Assembly (NCBI RefSeq): GCF_963921235.1
Contig: NC_086108.1
Location: forward strand, 45,882,001 to 45,946,000
DNA from: Mobula hypostoma
Lineage: Eukaryota
DNA: 64,000 nucleotides
Direction: 5' to 3'
Below are positions 62,283 to 64,000 of the stretch, one piece after another. The notes under the pieces are model-generated. The model made no database searches. It saw only the letters and a program-made list of their open reading frames with translations, and was not told the origin of the DNA. The position numbers and the translations under genes were made by a program. The first letter of the stretch is position 1; each line of letters opens with the position of its first letter.

Positions 62283-63720
62283 GAAACATAGAAAACCTAC
62301 AGCACAATACAGGCCCTTCGGCCCACAAAGCTGTGCTGAACATGACCTTACCCTAGAAATTACCTAGCGTTACCCAAAGCCCTCTATTTTTCTGAGCTCC
62401 ATGTACCTGTCCAGGAGTCTCCTAAAAGACCCTATTGTATCTGCCTCCACCACAGTCGCCGGCAGCCCATTCCACGCACTCACCACTCTCTGCGTTTTTT
62501 AAACAAAAAATTTACCCCTGACATCTCCTCTGTACCTACTTCCAAGCACCTTAAAACTGTGCGCTCTCAACGCCAGCCATTTCAGCCCTGGGAAAAAGCC
62601 TCTGACTATCCACATGATCAATGTCTCTCATCATTTTATACACCTCTATCAGGTAATCTCCCATCATCTGTCACTCCAAGGAAAAAAGGCTGAGTTCACT
62701 CAACCTATTCTCATAAGGCATGCTCCCCAATTCAGGCAACATCCTTGTAAATCTCCTCTGCACCCTTTCTATGGCTTCCACATCCTTCCTGTAGTGAGGC
62801 AACCAGAACTGAGCACAGTACTCCAAGTGGGGTCTGACCAGGGTCCTATATAGCTGCAACATTACCTCTTGGCTCCTAAACTCAATCCCACGATTGATGA
62901 AGGCCAATGCACCGTATGCTTTCTTAACTACAGAGTTAACCTGTGCAAACACGAGGAAATCTGCAGATGCTGGAATTTCAAGCAACACATATAAAAGTTG
63001 CTGGTGAATGCAGCAGGCCAGGCAGCATCTCTAGGAAGAGGTACAGTCGACGTTTCGGGCCGAGACCCTTCATCAGGAAACGTTGATTGTACCTCTTCCT
63101 AGGGATGCTGCCTGGCCTGCTGTGTTCACCAGCAACTTTTATGTGTGTTGAGTTAACCTGTGCAGCAGCTTTGAGTGTCCTATGGACTCAGACCCCAAGA
63201 TCCCTCTGATCCGCCACACTGCCAAGAGTCTTACCATTAATACTATATTCTGCCATCATATTTGACCTACCAAAATGCACCACCTCACACTTATCTGGGT
63301 TGAACTCCATCTGCCACTTCCTAGCCTAGTTCTGCATCCTATCAATGTCCCGCTGTAACCTCTGACAACCCTCCACACTATACACAAAACCTCCAACCTT
63401 TGTGTCATCAGCAAATTTGCTAACCCATCCCTCCACGTCTTCATCCAGGTCATTTATAAAAATCACCAAGATTAGGGGTCGCAGAAGAGATCCCTGAGGC
63501 ACACCACTGGTCACCGACCTCCATGCAGAATATGATCCGTCTACAACCACACTTTGCCTTCTGTGGGCAAGCCAGTTCTGGATCCACAAAGCAATGTCTC
63601 CTTGGATCCCATGCCTCCTTACTTTTTTAATAAGTCTTGCATGGGGTACCTTATGAAAAGCCTTGCGGAAATCCATATAGGCTTTACCTTCATCAATGTG
63701 TTTAGTCACATCCTCAAAAC
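62283..63720 (-). mobile_element. CR1 LINE RT and 3' end, interrupted by a palindromic PLE insert
   Basis: YMDFRKAFHKVPH...WIQNWL...SGVPQGS...FINDLD...KFADDTK; LYRTLVRPHLEYCAQFW; tail (TAGAAACA) at 62281. Confidence 0.93.
62948..63149. mobile_element. 202-bp fold-back PLE-end insertion with perfect 15-bp TSD; hammerhead core on - strand at 63046-63077
   Basis: GAGTTAACCTGTGCA at 62933-62947 and 63150-63164; minus strand reads CUGAUGA-A-GGGUCUCGGCCC-GAAA-C-GUC^GACU. Confidence 0.88.
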
Positions 63721-64000
63721 TTTTCATTTTATTTTCTCTACAAAGGGAAAACTGTATATCCCCATTTTGTATAATATCTAATAAATGGATGTTTTTCTTT
63801 AAATCTGAGCTACGAGCCAGATTTTCTATTTTCTTGTTATAAGCTATTAACTTCTGAGAAAAATGGAGAAGGAAGTGGTACCCTCTGGTTGCTAGCCTCA
63901 CAGTGTAACTCAGAACTGTGTCCCCTGAAAATACTGGGAATACGCCACGTGACACTCTGAGCCTGAGGCTCCATTCAGTAAGATATTCGCTTTAATGTTC

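Noticed and set aside
58472..64000. Mammalian-type proline-rich insert exon and canonical last exon
   Set aside because: No matching peptide was seen. The last exon probably lies beyond the window.
1..64000. CRISPR array or prokaryotic system
   Set aside because: There are no regularly spaced repeats with unique spacers. The sequence is intron-containing vertebrate DNA.

Overview
Vertebrate genomic DNA. The repeat content (CR1, Rex1/Babar-like, Penelope-like, V-SINE-like, Tx1-like L1) suggests a cartilaginous fish, which is an inference. The window lies inside a + strand LDL-receptor-family gene that matches LRP8 (ApoER2). Sixteen GT-AG exons from 22644 to 58471 splice into one open frame (2522 nt, about 840 codons). 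They encode LA repeats 2-8, EGF-A/B, the YWTD beta-propeller, EGF-C, the O-linked sugar domain, the TM helix and the FDNPVY tail. The signal-peptide/LA1 exons and the canonical terminal exon were not found in the window. The introns are rich in transposons: a full-length but decayed Gypsy LTR element with TSD (2135-6816), a multi-level nest (Rex1-like LINE > Tigger-like > solo LTR, and LINE > hAT > hAT > Tigger segment), a U6 pseudogene, and many Penelope-like ends. The most striking non-coding signal is that these Penelope-like ends carry minimal type I hammerhead ribozyme motifs. Several sit in inverted insertions with 14-15 bp TSDs. One sense-strand copy about 140 nt upstream of the TM/NPxY exon appears to rebuild its helix I from host target-site sequence.
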